Positions 62,011 to 64,000 of a stretch of 64,000 nucleotides of DNA are shown piece after piece. This stretch comes from Chrysomallon squamiferum. Taxonomy: Eukaryota > Animalia > Mollusca. The DNA is taken from the NCBI GenBank assembly GCA_012295275.1, contig CM022674.1, positions 6,944,001-7,008,000 on the forward strand, given 5' to 3'. The first letter of the stretch is position 1. Each line of letters begins with the position of its first letter. The notes under the pieces were generated by a model. The model was not told the origin of the DNA. It did not search any database and saw only the letters and a program-made list of their open reading frames with translations. The position numbers were made by a program, and so were the translations under genes.

Positions 62011-64000
62011 GTAAGTCACTTCAAGTCTTACTGATACACAAAACAAAATGAAAAAAAACTCCACAAAGTAGGAAAATGAAGAAGACTAACAGTATTCCTG
62101 ACGTTTCCATGGCAATTTTGTTTTCAGCTCCAGGCAGCTTATAATAAAATAATAATAATAATAATAATAATAATTCACAACAAAAAGATTTCTACAGTGA
62201 TTTAAAAATGTCAGTTTTTGAGATTGTTTCTTGGTTTGCACAGTTTAAAATTACTGTAAAAATTAAATAATAATAGCCACAAAAATAATAAATAAATCAA
62301 TAAATATTAAAACAATACTGGCTTAAATTTTGTCTTGTGACACTCAATACAGGTTAATTATGTGATGAAACTATTTCAGTGTAATATTTGTTTTATATCA
62401 ATCATGTAGAGGGTAAATTAGTTTAACACAAGTTTCTTTATTTTGAAATTATTTTATGAACCTTCTCGTGCACAAGATTTCCCTATATAAATAAATAAAT
62501 TCAGATAAAAATGATTACAGAAGTTTAAAGAAACATTTCTAGTCTACAACTCTATAAATCTTTTAAAATTATATTGCAGAATATTAATCTTTAAAATGTT
62601 TGATATAATTATATAACTTTTCTAAATTTAATCCAGTTTTATTGTTTTATTGTTTCATATGAGGTGAAGGTTACCAATAAATGAACAATTTAAGATTAAT
62701 CAATAAATAAGTTTTTTGTACTTGATAAGAAACGTGCAGTTTAAAAAAAATAAAAAATATATTTAACACATTCATAACTTGGAAACTATTTCTACATAAA
62801 ATGAAACATGTCACAATCATCTACGTATTATCTTCAGTTTGTAAACGAATTATGGAACCAGCAGCTGGATTATACTCTGTTTTAAGTGGAGGATTAGCAT
62901 ACTATTAAGCTTAGGATTAACATTGGATTAGTAGTGATATAACTAATACAGGGATTTTTTCATTCATGATTTTCAAACAGATTTACTTTTGTATTAAGTG
63001 TTTGTAAGATTTGTTAGAAAAGTATTTACATAACTACACACACAAACACGTGTCTGTGCACACAAAATATTTACTCTGTCAACTATTTCACATGATAGAA
63101 TTTATTCTGAATGGTACATAATAGTTTTATGATATAAAAAAATCTGTTCCCTTTTTCTTTTCCCTTTTCCTCCTCTCTGTCTCTTTCTTTCATTCACTCT
63201 CATTCTCTTTCTCTCTCCCCATCACACTATCCCCTTTTCCTTGCTTTCGTTTTGTTTTACCTGTCTTTTTTTTTCTCTCTGTGTCTTTCTCTCTTTCTCT
63301 CACTTGCTCTTCCCCCTTTACCCACCTCCTCTTCATGTCTCTGATACACACACAGAAGAAAAAATGTACAATAATTTCATCTCTAATTTTAATACATAAA
63401 ATACACACCTTTTTTTTTTGTCAATGCAAAGATTAACGAATACATCAGATATACTTCATTAATGTGAAGTGTCCTTAAACATTCATCCATGTTTTCTTTC
63501 ATCTATTAATCCACTTTCTTTCATTCCAGTAATTTACTTTTTACCTGTAATTAGCTTTGTCATACCTGTTCGTATTCTTCATTCTTCATGACTCAGTGAC
63601 ATAGTCATGTTTTCATGATCTTTCATGTCTGACTCACAAAAATGTGATTTGTTCATGATTGGTGAATTATTTGTAAACAAACACAGAAAAGTAACAAACT
63701 AGGCCAGTTAGCAAAAGTAAATTAAATATAGGTTATTAATAACATTAGCAAAAAGAAAATAATTTCGTTAGTAATATTATTACCTAACAAAAAGTTGCAC
63801 TGTTAAAAGTTTATTTAATAACATGATTAATTTTCTATTTCTGCTTTTTTTTAAATACTACTACTACCATTATTACCATACTGTCACCATACTGGTGTTG
63901 TTATTGTAATTATTACTGTTACTGTCATTATAATAACAATAATATTAGTAGCAGTAATAGTAGTAGTGATAACCATTATTGTTATAATTATTATTATTAT

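Noticed and set aside
54407-64000. Intronic snoRNAs in NOC2L (plausible for a ribosome-biogenesis host gene)
   Set aside because: A C-box-like gtgatga near 62362 has no suitably placed CTGA or terminal stem. H/ACA RNAs cannot be judged by eye and need an Infernal/Rfam scan.

Overview
AT-rich, microsatellite-rich animal genomic DNA (invertebrate, probably mollusc-like; inference only). It holds three intron-rich genes, which I assembled by hand from GT-AG boundaries and reading phase. (1) Dishevelled on the - strand: ATG 34574 to TGA 1052, 15 core exons, about 695 aa, with DIX, PDZ and DEP domains and the canonical ...[10 protein letters not shown] end. (2) Mind bomb 2 on the + strand, head-to-head with Dvl: ATG 37955 to TAG 50073, 17 coding exons, about 923 aa, with MIB_HERC2-ZZ-MIB_HERC2, REP repeats, ankyrins and two RINGs. 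(3) NOC2L on the + strand: ATG 54390, 11 exons visible, running off the window, with one apparent 1-nt frameshift. The most interesting signals are a hidden splicing layer in Dvl (an 18-nt microexon adding the only strict PPxY motif, a 15-nt microexon, and three candidate alternative C-terminal exons, one ending in a dual acceptor/donor site), a Cys-to-Asp substitution in the last MIB2 RING, Dvl/MIB2/NOC2L linkage echoing human 1p36.33, and decaying tandem repeats anchored on splice junctions. No tools were run, so every alternative exon is a prediction that needs RNA-seq.
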